Below, piece by piece: positions 29,820-39,107 of a stretch of 59,607 nucleotides of DNA. Below the pieces are notes generated by a model that saw nothing but the letters and a program-made list of their open reading frames with translations, was not told the origin of the DNA and made no database searches. The DNA is from an uncultured Fusobacteriaceae bacterium. GTDB lineage: Bacteria; Fusobacteriota; Fusobacteriia; Fusobacteriales; Fusobacteriaceae. Each line of letters starts with the position of its first letter. Position 1 is the stretch's first letter. Location of the stretch: assembly GCA_964430145.1 (NCBI GenBank), contig CAYSGC010000001.1, forward strand, positions 1-59,607, given 5' to 3'. The position numbers and the translations under genes are program-made.

Positions 29820-30491
29820 TTAATTTGAAGCTTGTCTTTCTAAATATTTACAGGCATTTATAAGAGATTGATCCTTTGATTTATCCAAAAGATATTTAAA
29901 GTAGTTTTTATCGCTATCAAATATTTCTCCCAGTGCCTTCCCATTATATTTTCCAAAGGTGACCTGCATTAACCTTGCTTTCTCTAGTTTATTTTCTGAT
30001 TTAACTGAACCTCCTGAAGTTATACTTGGACTAGCATCTTTACCAGAGAAGCTAGGAGTAGGATTAATCGTAAACTCATACCCTTTCCCCTGTGATCGTA
30101 TAGGATACCAAGAGGATTCAGCATCATAAAGATACCTCCCTATAGCAAACCCACTAGAGGCCACTCTCTTAAAAGCTGAAGATATCCCCCCTTTAACAGA
30201 TTCATACTCCGTTATTTGTGCCCCATCTTCTTTGGTGATCCATTCTCCATTGATCTTCAAAGACATACAACAAAGGAACCCTCCTTGCACTTCTTTATAT
30301 GCTACCTTCCAGTTCATAAACCCTACTACCTCATCAAGCCTCTTTTGAATAGCACGAGCTTGAACGTAGAATAGTGCTAATCCCATGGTCTTTTCTTTAT
30401 TTGTCGCTCCTACCTTATATTCTATTTCTCCATCTTTAAAAGGAGCTTGAAGCTCCTTTATTATCTGCTCTGGTGATTTTATCATTTTCAA
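29820..30491 (-). CDS. Rad52/Rad22 (Sak-like) single-strand annealing protein
   Basis: YVQARAIQKRLDEVVGFMNW...KGGISSAFKRVA..FAIGRYLY; C-terminal TFGKYNG domain. Confidence 0.88.
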   Translation of the reverse strand: MKMIKSPEQIIKELQAPFKDGEIEYKVGATNKEKTMGLALFYVQARAIQKRLDEVVGFMNWKVAYKEVQGGFLCCMSLKINGEWITKEDGAQITEYESVKGGISSAFKRVASSGFAIGRYLYDAESSWYPIRSQGKGYEFTINPTPSFSGKDASPSITSGGSVKSENKLEKARLMQVTFGKYNGKALGEIFDSDKNYFKYLLDKSKDQSLINACKYLERQASN

Positions 30492-30495
30492 TCTC

Positions 30496-30882
30496 CTATC
30501 CTGTATATTTCATTTCAAATAGTTCTGTTACTTCATCCATACAACCAGCTGCCCTTATCTGCTCCAGTAGCTCCCCTATTTCTTCTGAGATATAGTATTG
30601 AGTATGATTTTTAATATAATCTAAAATCTCATCATTATCTATTTTATCAAGTAGTTCTACCGCTTCCATTCTGCTCTCTACAAAGGTGGTTAAATTCTTC
30701 TCTTCTTCTTCCATTCTACTCTCTAAGGCTTCCCATAAGGTATCGGAATCATCAATATAGACATTATTCCTTATCTCCTCTTTTTCCTTAGCTGTTAGGT
30801 TCTTCTTTATATAAGTCATTAAAGTAACTCTATCTATATTTTCTAGCATCTCTATTGGGTCAAACGTTACCTGTATATTCAT
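30496..30882 (-). CDS. Acidic hypothetical protein
   Basis: 128-aa ORF with GGAGG RBS. Confidence 0.65.
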   Translation of the reverse strand: MNIQVTFDPIEMLENIDRVTLMTYIKKNLTAKEKEEIRNNVYIDDSDTLWEALESRMEEEEKNLTTFVESRMEAVELLDKIDNDEILDYIKNHTQYYISEEIGELLEQIRAAGCMDEVTELFEMKYTG

Positions 30883-30937
30883 TTTTTATCCTCCGTTCTC
30901 TTATACTTGTTAATGATGATAAATAATCTTAGAAGTA

Positions 30938-31216
30938 TCAGTACTCACTGGCATACATAAGAGTCCAGAAACTCCCCTTCTCTTCATCTGTTCTTATACA
31001 GAAAAGCCTGTCATCCTTATATTTTTTACTGAGTCTATATTCTTTTTGATAATTCGGCTCTTCCTGAGTATGAATTAGAATATTTCCTGAAATACTAAAA
31101 ACCTGAAGATAGTCGTGTTCTACTTCCATAGTATCTATAAGAGTCTGTATATAAAAAATTAGCCTCATATCTAGTCTTTCATTTATTCTCTTCGTTACAT
31201 AGAATTTTTCCTTCAT
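30938..31216 (-). CDS. DUF960-like protein
   Basis: YVTKRIN...DYLQVF...HTQEEP...TLMYASEY. Confidence 0.75.
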   Translation of the reverse strand: MKEKFYVTKRINERLDMRLIFYIQTLIDTMEVEHDYLQVFSISGNILIHTQEEPNYQKEYRLSKKYKDDRLFCIRTDEEKGSFWTLMYASEY

Positions 31217-31217
31217 G

Positions 31218-31682
31218 TTACTCCTCCTCACCTACACAGCTCCCATCAAGGGTTCTTTCGATATTAAAATTATTACAATACCCCTTTGCATTTTGATAAT
31301 CCAATACAAACCACCCACAGGTTTTACATGGATATTGATTCCCTATATCTATAAGTTTATCTTCATACATTTCTAATTTACCCAATGACTCATTAAAGAA
31401 GAAGTCCCTAAGTCCTGATATACAAAGGTATCCTCTCTCTCCATCTTCAACCATAGGCTCATAGAAGTCTTCCCACGCCTTCATCATGGCTGTACCTACT
31501 GAGTAACTATTATCCATAAGCTCTAAACTCCTTTCCTCAAGAAGTTCTTTCCACCTTCTTATAGTTACTTTTTCTGTATCCTTAATATGTTCTCGGTTGC
31601 CTATAGCTTCAGTTAATGTAACTGGTATCTCTTTTTCCAAGCAGCTAAACATCTTGTCAAACTCTAAATGGTGAATTCCCAT
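31218..31682 (-). CDS. Hypothetical protein with Cys cluster
   Basis: CKTC...C...C at the C-terminus; strong RBS. Confidence 0.6.
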   Translation of the reverse strand: MGIHHLEFDKMFSCLEKEIPVTLTEAIGNREHIKDTEKVTIRRWKELLEERSLELMDNSYSVGTAMMKAWEDFYEPMVEDGERGYLCISGLRDFFFNESLGKLEMYEDKLIDIGNQYPCKTCGWFVLDYQNAKGYCNNFNIERTLDGSCVGEEE

Positions 31683-31753
31683 ACCTTTTCCTCCTTCCTA
31701 TACATATAAATTTACATAATTTAAAATGACTACTCCAAAAGCAGCCTATACAT

Positions 31754-32629
31754 TTAACCTTCATTGTTTTGACCCTCTAAAATTAATTCTAAGCCCCTCT
31801 TGTCGTCGTTACCATCTAGCATTTCAATAAAAGTACTGTAAGCCTTTTCAAAGCAAGAAGCTAGATCCCTATCCTTTCTATACATGCTTAGGTACTTATA
31901 TGTCCCGTTTATATTTAAATTAAAATAGGAGCCAAAGATAAGAGTAGTTAACTCTGCCTCTGACTCCTTTTGATTTTTATTCAGTTCTTTTCTATTCTCA
32001 CCATAATGATTATAATAATGAGAAAATTCATGAACTATTACACCAGCCATATCTACTTTATTAGTAGTAGGCTTGACGTATATTTCTTTACCATTAGTCA
32101 TTCCCATAGCTTGTCCTAAATCATCACGCTCTATTAATGGACAGTGTTGTCTCACATACTTCTTAGTAGCTTCAAATATCTCTTTAGGGCTGTATTCCGT
32201 TTCTTTGGTAGCTTTTATACTAACATCTATACTTGGAAGCCCTTGTGCATTTTCTGTGGCTTCAACTTGCGACCTATCAAATACCTTTCCTTGCTTGAAT
32301 CCATATATTTTATCTTTATCTTCTTCATCTTTTCGGATCATAGGAATAAGAATATTGAGTGCTTTACTTCCCTTCTTAACTTTATATCCTAAGCTCTTCC
32401 ATTTATTAAAACCCGCTACAAATGTAGCTTGTGGCATCTGTCTGTAGATAAGAAGTGTATTATTGATACTATAACTATAGAAGTATTTCCTTCTAAATTC
32501 TATAAACTTCTTAAGTTCTTCTGAGTTCTCTATAAAATCTGTTATCTTGTCTTCTATGGTTCCTTTAAGCTCCTCCATTTGTTTTTTGAAATACTCTCTC
32601 TTCTCTTCCTTGCTATACTTCTTAACCAT
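31754..32629 (-). CDS. ardC: ArdC-like ssDNA-binding / metallopeptidase anti-restriction protein
   Basis: YSINNTLLI..Q.PQATFVAGFNKWKSLG..VKKGSKA; HEFSH...ESEAE. Confidence 0.82.
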   Translation of the reverse strand: MVKKYSKEEKREYFKKQMEELKGTIEDKITDFIENSEELKKFIEFRRKYFYSYSINNTLLIYRQMPQATFVAGFNKWKSLGYKVKKGSKALNILIPMIRKDEEDKDKIYGFKQGKVFDRSQVEATENAQGLPSIDVSIKATKETEYSPKEIFEATKKYVRQHCPLIERDDLGQAMGMTNGKEIYVKPTTNKVDMAGVIVHEFSHYYNHYGENRKELNKNQKESEAELTTLIFGSYFNLNINGTYKYLSMYRKDRDLASCFEKAYSTFIEMLDGNDDKRGLELILEGQNNEG

Positions 32630-32668
32630 ACTCCTCCTCCATATTAAAGGTCCCCTTTCTAAAGCACC

Positions 32669-32809
32669 TTAGTCTAATATCTTCCAATCATCTACACAAC
32701 TACATTCACCCTCTAATTCATTACACCACCTGCATCTTGAAATATCACTTTCATAAGATTCTGGTTCTCTTGGATTCTCAAACCACCTTAATACTTGTAA
32801 TTCTGTCAT
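32669..32809 (-). CDS. Small Cys-rich protein (46 aa)
   Basis: AGGAGG RBS; CRWC...CSC. Confidence 0.6.
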   Translation of the reverse strand: MTELQVLRWFENPREPESYESDISRCRWCNELEGECSCVDDWKILD

Positions 32810-32860
32810 ACTGATTCCTCCTAAACTTTTATTCAACATCTGACCTATTCTATTCATATG

Positions 32861-32975
32861 AAATGTAGCGATTTTCTATCGCTACATTTGAGCCTCCTTA
32901 ACAGTCGGCTCAAATGTTACAATCACGACTTTAAAAATCGATCAAACCCACATCAATAAGCGTCGAGATTGCAAC
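32861..32975 (-). other. Three abutting stem-loops (structured RNA or ssDNA element)
   Basis: Stems at 32861-32889 (12 bp), 32885-32916 (10 bp) and 32916-32975 (14 bp, imperfect). Confidence 0.6.
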
Positions 32976-32987
32976 TTGTTCTCACTC

Positions 32988-33482
32988 CTATTTAATTTGA
33001 AGACTATAGTTCTCCACAAGTATTGCTCCTTCTATCTCTTCTCCTGCTTTTATATGACTTGTAAGCTCCCTTTTATCTATTGATATCTCTTTCTTTACCT
33101 TAAGATATACTTCTGGAATCTTATTCATATCCAATACTTTTAAAGCTGTAGACTTCCTTATCCCATAAGCACCTAGATCAGTCTCTATCTTTGTCTTTTC
33201 AAGTCCTCTCATAACATTCACTAAATATGACTTCAGATTCTCTGATTTCCTTTCTCTGGACTTCTTAACTTTTGAGAGCCTATCTATCTCACCTTTTATT
33301 GAAAGAGCCTCCGCATCTAGGTTACTGAGATACTTTAAGATATTGGAACTCTTCTGACTTAACTCTTTCTTTAAATATTGCATGGTCTCCTCATAAAATT
33401 CTTTATCAACTTCTTCTGCATCACTCTCTAAAAATATATCTAACGTATCAACCATCAGGCTTTTTATCTCATACAATTTCAT
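32988..33482 (-). CDS. Siphovirus Gp157-family protein
   Basis: MKLYEI...EIDRL...LKSYL...IPEVYL...IDK...GEEIEGA..VENYSLQIK. Confidence 0.88.
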   Translation of the reverse strand: MKLYEIKSLMVDTLDIFLESDAEEVDKEFYEETMQYLKKELSQKSSNILKYLSNLDAEALSIKGEIDRLSKVKKSRERKSENLKSYLVNVMRGLEKTKIETDLGAYGIRKSTALKVLDMNKIPEVYLKVKKEISIDKRELTSHIKAGEEIEGAILVENYSLQIK

Positions 33483-33494
33483 CTTTCTTTCCTC

Positions 33495-33587
33495 CTACAT
33501 ATAAGTTTCTATACTATCTACTGGTAATACTGGTAGCCAAGGATTCTCTGGGCTCACTAATACTCCTTTTAATATCTCTGTTAACAT
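33495..33587 (-). CDS. 30-aa small ORF MLTEILKGVLVSPENPWLPVLPVDSIETYM
   Basis: GGAGGAG RBS; its stop overlaps the RBS of the Gp157 gene. Confidence 0.55.
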   Translation of the reverse strand: MLTEILKGVLVSPENPWLPVLPVDSIETYM

Positions 33588-33601
33588 TTCTCCTCCCAAT
33601 T

Positions 33602-33630
33602 AAAAAGAGCCCTTGCCTAAGCAAGAGCTC
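33602..33630 (-). terminator. Intrinsic terminator
   Basis: Minus strand gagctcttgc-ttag-gcaagggctc-ttttt. Confidence 0.75.
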
Positions 33631-33636
33631 CCTATT

Positions 33637-33705
33637 TTAGATATCTAATTCTTCTACTGCTTTTATTACTGTACCTACCATTATAATAATTGCACCTAAT
33701 CCCAT
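33637..33705 (-). CDS. 22-aa hydrophobic peptide MGLGAIIIMVGTVIKAVEELDI
   Basis: GGAGGTG RBS and its own terminator. Confidence 0.55.
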   Translation of the reverse strand: MGLGAIIIMVGTVIKAVEELDI

Positions 33706-33780
33706 ATTAACACCTCCAATCTTTGTATGATTCAAGGTAATAATATATAAGTGAATTTAGGACTTATTAAAACATTATAC

Positions 33781-34338
33781 TTATTCTTTAAAATAATCGT
33801 CTAACTCCTTACCATTTCTTGCTATTAAAATATAAATACCTTCTTCAGGACTTTTATCTAAAATATCATCGTTAAGTATAAAACTAAGTTCTTTTATATA
33901 AGCCCTAATTCTTTCTTTCTGAGCGCCATCTAACCCCTTAAGAGATATCTTTGAATTCTTCTTCACATCTACTAAGTTTACACCTTGAAACCCTTTTATA
34001 TAATTTAATGCTTCCTTTTGAAAAGGTGATAATTCTCTTTCTCTTAGCGGGGATTCTATTCTTTCAATTCCCTCATATTTATCTAAGAATTCCTTTATGG
34101 CAAAATTTACTACTGCAACCCTTTTATACTCATTTTTGCTTATAAAAGTGGTTAATCTTTTAGATAAAGCATCAGACATTCTCTCAGATCTTCCTACATT
34201 ATCTTTTAAACTAAGAACTTCTTCTGGAATCCTAAACCCATTACTTTTAAATTCGTCTATTAAACTAATTAATAGGGTCTTATTTGTGTGTAGTATCTCT
34301 AGCAGTTCTTTCTCTTCTAGTTGCTTCAACTCATTCAC
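33781..34338 (-). CDS. Hypothetical protein, possible DNA-binding regulator
   Basis: 185 aa, AGGAGG RBS; VVNFAIKEFLDKY resembles an RHH helix; divergent from the Rep-like gene. Confidence 0.55.
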   Translation of the reverse strand: MNELKQLEEKELLEILHTNKTLLISLIDEFKSNGFRIPEEVLSLKDNVGRSERMSDALSKRLTTFISKNEYKRVAVVNFAIKEFLDKYEGIERIESPLRERELSPFQKEALNYIKGFQGVNLVDVKKNSKISLKGLDGAQKERIRAYIKELSFILNDDILDKSPEEGIYILIARNGKELDDYFKE

Positions 34339-34767
34339 TTTATTCCTCCTTTTTCAATACAATATATATTACGTTATATAATATATTTTTTTTAGAAAAA
34401 CAAGTAAGGTTTCAGATCAATTTCCCCTCTCAAAAATACAATACACTGTGCAATACAATATAAAACACATTATGTTTAAAACACTGTTATTACTAGGGTG
34501 TTTTCATCCATTTCCCTTATTACCCCTCTTATTTTTAAGGGTGTCCATCATCCTAAATTCTTAATATATATAGTAAGTTCCTTAAAAACGTCCATTAAAT
34601 GTTACGCTTAAACTTAGAGACTTATCCCCCTAACCATGCTTAATTATCCCATTCTATACATACTTAAACACTTACTAATCTACAGCATTCATACTCACTG
34701 GTTAATATTAATATCCTAACTAACAACTTCCATAGGATTAAATAAATTATATGGAGGTATATTCACT

Positions 34768-35715
34768 ATGGATACAATCAACGTCAAATTTACGTTCTCT
34801 AGGGAACTCACACATGAAGAAATCAATTCACTAATTTCTAAGCACAGGTACATAGAGAAGATCAAACGTAGCAATTACTCTAATACCAATTACCAAATAG
34901 GATTCTCTATTCCTAAATACTTCTCAGCTACTAATGCTTACTTAGCTAATACAGAGGACTTCAATAAGTTTAAATCTCATATCATAAAACTATTTTCACC
35001 TATCACTAAATCTGCTATCGTAAGTAGAGTTGATACACCATTTACGTACTGGATGCTTCCTGGATACACTTATGAATCTTACGCACATATTTTTAAGTTT
35101 ATGTCACTCTGCTACTCCATAAACAATAATAAATCATCAACTAAATACTTTGCAGATGCCCTCACAGATCAAAGAGAATCTTTCATTATGGGTGATCAAA
35201 ATAATCTAAATAAAGCAAATACCAAAATAGTGATTTACGATCAAAATAAGAAACTCCATGACTTTGACTCTTCTGTCAATAAAACTACACACCAGAGGCT
35301 CTTAAAAGAGTTTCCAGACCTTCCAAGAAGAATCAGGATAGAAGTATCGAGAAAGACTAATATTGCCTTAGAAAACCTCTCATACACTGATCAATACCAA
35401 AAGTCGTACAACTACTTGAAGAAGCATTTATTTGCTGAAGAGGTTATTAATAAAGCTAAGGAAATACTAACTAAAGAATACATAGAAAAATTCCCTACCT
35501 CTTCTTCCATGGCTGCTGCTTATCACACCCCTGTATTTGAATATGACGCCTTCAGAGACTATTTGAAGTATCTTCACAGAGATAAATCACCAAAGACCTT
35601 AGAAGGGAAGATAACAAGGCTCAGAACATACTTTGATGCAATCAATAAGCAATATCTCTTTCAACTTAGAATAAAAAGTTTCCTTCCCTCTTTAATCAAT
35701 GTAATTCATAAGTAA
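34768..35715 (+). CDS. Rep_trans/phage CRI-like replication initiator or MOB_T-like relaxase
   Basis: VSRVD, KIVIYDQNK and RIRIEV motifs. Confidence 0.6.
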   Translation: MDTINVKFTFSRELTHEEINSLISKHRYIEKIKRSNYSNTNYQIGFSIPKYFSATNAYLANTEDFNKFKSHIIKLFSPITKSAIVSRVDTPFTYWMLPGYTYESYAHIFKFMSLCYSINNNKSSTKYFADALTDQRESFIMGDQNNLNKANTKIVIYDQNKKLHDFDSSVNKTTHQRLLKEFPDLPRRIRIEVSRKTNIALENLSYTDQYQKSYNYLKKHLFAEEVINKAKEILTKEYIEKFPTSSSMAAAYHTPVFEYDAFRDYLKYLHRDKSPKTLEGKITRLRTYFDAINKQYLFQLRIKSFLPSLINVIHK

Positions 35716-35809
35716 ATTACCTCTTAGTTTTACCGGTACTCTTGCATTCACATCCTGATATACTGTATACTCAATTAATATTAAATCTCAATTTAAACAA
35801 GGAGTAATT

Positions 35810-36085
35810 ATGACTAAAAAAGACTTTATTGAAAAATATCATGTAGCAGGAAACTTTGAGTACAAAGCTGAAGCAGAAAGAGCTTTAAACGACTTATTAG
35901 CTTCTTTTGAAGATGCTCTTATCGCAGGGGAAGAAGTTAACTTTATTGGATGGGGAAAGTTTGAAGTAGTAAAGAGAGCTGCTAGAGAAGGGAGGAACCC
36001 TTCAACAGGAGAAACTATCAAGATTGCAGCTAAAAAATCTGTTAAATTCAAGGCAGGAAAGAAGTTAAATGACTCAGTTAAATAA
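35810..36085 (+). CDS. hup: HU family DNA-binding protein
   Basis: GWGKFEV..RAAREGRNPSTGETIKI...VKFKAGK. Confidence 0.95.
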   Translation: MTKKDFIEKYHVAGNFEYKAEAERALNDLLASFEDALIAGEEVNFIGWGKFEVVKRAAREGRNPSTGETIKIAAKKSVKFKAGKKLNDSVK

Positions 36086-36097
36086 ATTGTGATATAC

Positions 36098-36130
36098 AAA
36101 AAAGGGAGTAGAATTTCTACTCCCTTTTTT
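36098..36130 (+). terminator. Intrinsic terminator
   Basis: aaaaaagggagtaga-att-tctactccctttttt. Confidence 0.85.
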
Positions 36131-36309
36131 ACTAGAAAATGTATTTTTGTATTTGGTCTACTCCTATCAAAGTAGACCTTTTTTATTATATACCTTAAAT
36201 GTTTTCTATGCAATATCAACTCGAGTATCTTTTAACTCCAAGTATGGATATTTTTATTTTATCCTTAACAATTATCTTGAAAAGAATACTTATAAAACAA
36301 GGAGAAATT

Positions 36310-36759
36310 ATGAATTGTATAGGACATAGCTTTACAGATAATGAAAATGCTTTACCTAAAATTAAAGCTTTTCTAGATAGAATTAACTCGCCCAAAATAC
36401 TGGCAACTACTGATGATATTAGGCTTTGTAGAGTATCCATTGAATTTAATACCAATAAGATCATCAGAGGAAAAGAATTAATGCTAATCAGGAATAAGGA
36501 ATGGGTTGAAGAAATCTCTAATACTACTGCTACTTTAAATCTTGATGATAGTATGCAGATTGAAAATATCATTATCCATCTTAAAATGCTTATGAGAAAG
36601 CTTGATATACTAATATTCAAAGAAAAAATAAAATCTATATACTACGAATGTTTCAATGAACCTTATAAAAGCTACGGGATTCAATATGGAGATAAGACTA
36701 CTCCTAGAACTAATGAAGATTTTAAGTCACTAATTTTAGACTACGAATTAAGTGCATGA
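36310..36759 (+). CDS. Hypothetical protein
   Basis: ATG 36310 follows AAGGAG. Confidence 0.6.
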   Translation: MNCIGHSFTDNENALPKIKAFLDRINSPKILATTDDIRLCRVSIEFNTNKIIRGKELMLIRNKEWVEEISNTTATLNLDDSMQIENIIIHLKMLMRKLDILIFKEKIKSIYYECFNEPYKSYGIQYGDKTTPRTNEDFKSLILDYELSA

Positions 36760-36853
36760 TCCATTTATATATTATTACTTTGATTAAGAGAAGATTTTGG
36801 CATTAGCCTTTATCTTCTCTTTTTCTATTACCAATTTATTAGGAGGACTTAAA

Positions 36854-38293
36854 GTGTTTAGTGACAAACAAGAAATGAATGTAGTAATTTACGTGAGAGT
36901 CTCTACCGAAATGCAGGAAGAAAAAGATTCCCTATCTAATCAAATGAACAGGTGTAAAGCATATTGCGAAATGAAAGGATTCAATATTGTTCACATCTAT
37001 AAAGATGTCGATTCTGGCTCAAAAGATGATAGACCTGATTTTCAAAACTTATTATCTGATATGAAGTCTAATATCTTCCAAGCCATAGTAGTAACAGAGT
37101 TATCCAGAATATCAAGAAAAATGTCTACTCTTATAAAGTTCCTTGAAGATTTTCAAACTTATGGAATTAACTTTATTTCTATTACACAAAATATAGATAC
37201 TTCTACAATAATGGGGAAAGCCTTCTTTCAACTTACAGGGGTATTCGCAGAGTTAGAAAGAAATCAGACCAGAGACAGAGTAAGCCATACTATGAAAAAT
37301 ATGGCAGCTAATGGTAAGTTTACAGGCGGAGTAGTTCCTTTTGGCTATACTCTAGTTGATAAAAAACTTGTCATCAACGAAGAAGAAGCTGATACAGTGA
37401 GAGAAGCCTTTAATTTATACCTTAGTGGAGTTAATAGGAATCAAATATCGCAGAAATCAGGAATAAATGAAACTACCTTAGCTCGTATGCTTACTACTCC
37501 TTTTTACACAGGCAAGACAGTCTATAACAAGAGAAGAACCAACCCCATAACTGGTAAGATGGAAATACTTCCTGAAGATCAATGGATTATAGGAGAAGGC
37601 GAACATGAAGCAATCATTGATGAAGGTACCTTTAATATCGCTAAAAGAATTTATGAAGAAAATTACACTCCTTATACCAGATATGAAGATAATCCTAACT
37701 TTCTTCTATCAGGACTTTTAAGGTGCTATCATGGTCACAAAATGTATGGTCATATAACCGGAACTGGTTATCGTTACTACATATGCTATCGCAACTCTTC
37801 AAAGTATCAAGATAAAGAAAAGTGCACTCAATATCGTATAAATGCTGATAACCTTGAAAAAGAGGTAATTGAATACATTCTTTCACTTAAAGAAATGGAG
37901 GATAAGGTTAATATTTTAAATACCCTTTCTTCAACTGAAAAATCACCTCAAGATAAGCTCAAAGCTTTGGAAGCAAGAAAATCTTCTAATCGTATAAAGA
38001 AAAGTGGACTTTTAGATCTCATGCTTAATAAAAGTATAGATAAGGATATGTTTCATGATAAAAATGAAGAACTTGAAAAAGAGCTAAGAAATATTGAGAA
38101 AGAGATTCAGAAGCTTAACACTTCTATAAGTAGCTCTCAAGCTAAAATAACGGCCTCAGATACTTTCTATAGAATTCTTAACTCCATATCTTATGATAAG
38201 ACCAGTATGGAGCTAAAGCAGCTCCTTTCTTTAATTATAAAGGAAATAAGGTATGTTAATGATTTTGAATATCAGATAATTTTTAATATATAG
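36854..38293 (+). CDS. Large serine recombinase (integrase)
   Basis: YVRVST, SG...DRP, LSRISR, recombinase domain, LLSGLLRC..H..C..C Zn-ribbon, coiled coil; GTG 36854 follows AGGAGG. Confidence 0.95.
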   Translation: MFSDKQEMNVVIYVRVSTEMQEEKDSLSNQMNRCKAYCEMKGFNIVHIYKDVDSGSKDDRPDFQNLLSDMKSNIFQAIVVTELSRISRKMSTLIKFLEDFQTYGINFISITQNIDTSTIMGKAFFQLTGVFAELERNQTRDRVSHTMKNMAANGKFTGGVVPFGYTLVDKKLVINEEEADTVREAFNLYLSGVNRNQISQKSGINETTLARMLTTPFYTGKTVYNKRRTNPITGKMEILPEDQWIIGEGEHEAIIDEGTFNIAKRIYEENYTPYTRYEDNPNFLLSGLLRCYHGHKMYGHITGTGYRYYICYRNSSKYQDKEKCTQYRINADNLEKEVIEYILSLKEMEDKVNILNTLSSTEKSPQDKLKALEARKSSNRIKKSGLLDLMLNKSIDKDMFHDKNEELEKELRNIEKEIQKLNTSISSSQAKITASDTFYRILNSISYDKTSMELKQLLSLIIKEIRYVNDFEYQIIFNI

Positions 38294-38303
38294 GAGGAAT
38301 AAG

Positions 38304-38873
38304 ATGTTTATAATACTAGAGAAACTTTATGATAAATATGAGAGATATACAGATGTAGGGAATATCATAGGATTCCATACCTTAGATAAGCTTAAGCGTG
38401 GAGAGCTGCCTAAGTTTGAGACTCTGTATAAGAAACTAGATCTTGAAGGAGAAATTGGGTATACCTATGAGGATTTTCTTAGCGATTATCAGGAAGTAAT
38501 AAGCGGCTATAAAGAGAAAAAAGCCCTGTACAATATTTGGTGTACGGGGCTTTCTATTTATGAATATACACAAGTTAAAGGTATTGGAAGCTCACAGTTA
38601 TATAGGATACTAGAAAGAGGGAGAGATATATCTAAGAATGAAACTCTTAAAGCTATTATAGACATACTAGATGTGGATATTTCACAGGAAGACCTACAAA
38701 AATTTACGGTTACTGTTAAAGAAAAATTCTGTAGACTTGTGGGAGATAAGAAAAACTTAATTGCTTTCAGGAAGAGATATAACATAAGGAATCCTATTTT
38801 GCCTTGGCAAAATAGTTGGCAGCTAACTTTTGATGGGGTAATAACAGAGAAAATTAAAAAGATTAAAGAGTAA
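38304..38873 (+). CDS. Hypothetical HTH-like protein coupled to the recombinase
   Basis: AGGAGG RBS overlaps the recombinase stop; LSIYEYTQVKGIGSSQLYRILE is HTH-like. Confidence 0.55.
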   Translation: MFIILEKLYDKYERYTDVGNIIGFHTLDKLKRGELPKFETLYKKLDLEGEIGYTYEDFLSDYQEVISGYKEKKALYNIWCTGLSIYEYTQVKGIGSSQLYRILERGRDISKNETLKAIIDILDVDISQEDLQKFTVTVKEKFCRLVGDKKNLIAFRKRYNIRNPILPWQNSWQLTFDGVITEKIKKIKE

Positions 38874-38893
38874 CTGTGCCGTTACTCTTTTTT
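38865..38893 (+). terminator. Intrinsic terminator
   Basis: aaagagtaac-tgtgcc-gttactcttt-ttt. Confidence 0.75.
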
Positions 38894-39107
38894 GTCTGTT
38901 TCTTTATTAAAGATCCACTTTTCTTTTTCAAAATTAATACCCTAGCTTTTTATGCTATGAGTGTGGTATACATTTATTGATAGTTCCGAATAAATGTATT
39001 ATAAATCATGTGAAATTTATGTTTAGAAAATCTCCTTTCCCTACAATATAATACATTAGCTTTAATAAATAGTTTAAGCTAATAATATTTTTAACAAGAG
39101 GTGAATT

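Noticed and set aside
3110-33705. Prophage or tailocin interpretation (gpD-like, Gp157, Sak genes)
   Set aside because: No capsid, portal, terminase, tape measure, fibre or lysis genes are recognisable; effector-immunity pairs and FHA/kinase genes point to a secretion device.
29739-34429. Shared atttcccctc at ~29739 and ~34420 as ends of a nested element
   Set aside because: A 10-bp match is plausible by chance and there is no other support.
35839-36620. Minus-strand ORFs of 126 and 134 aa
   Set aside because: Antisense to HU and the 36310 gene, which have the RBS and family support.
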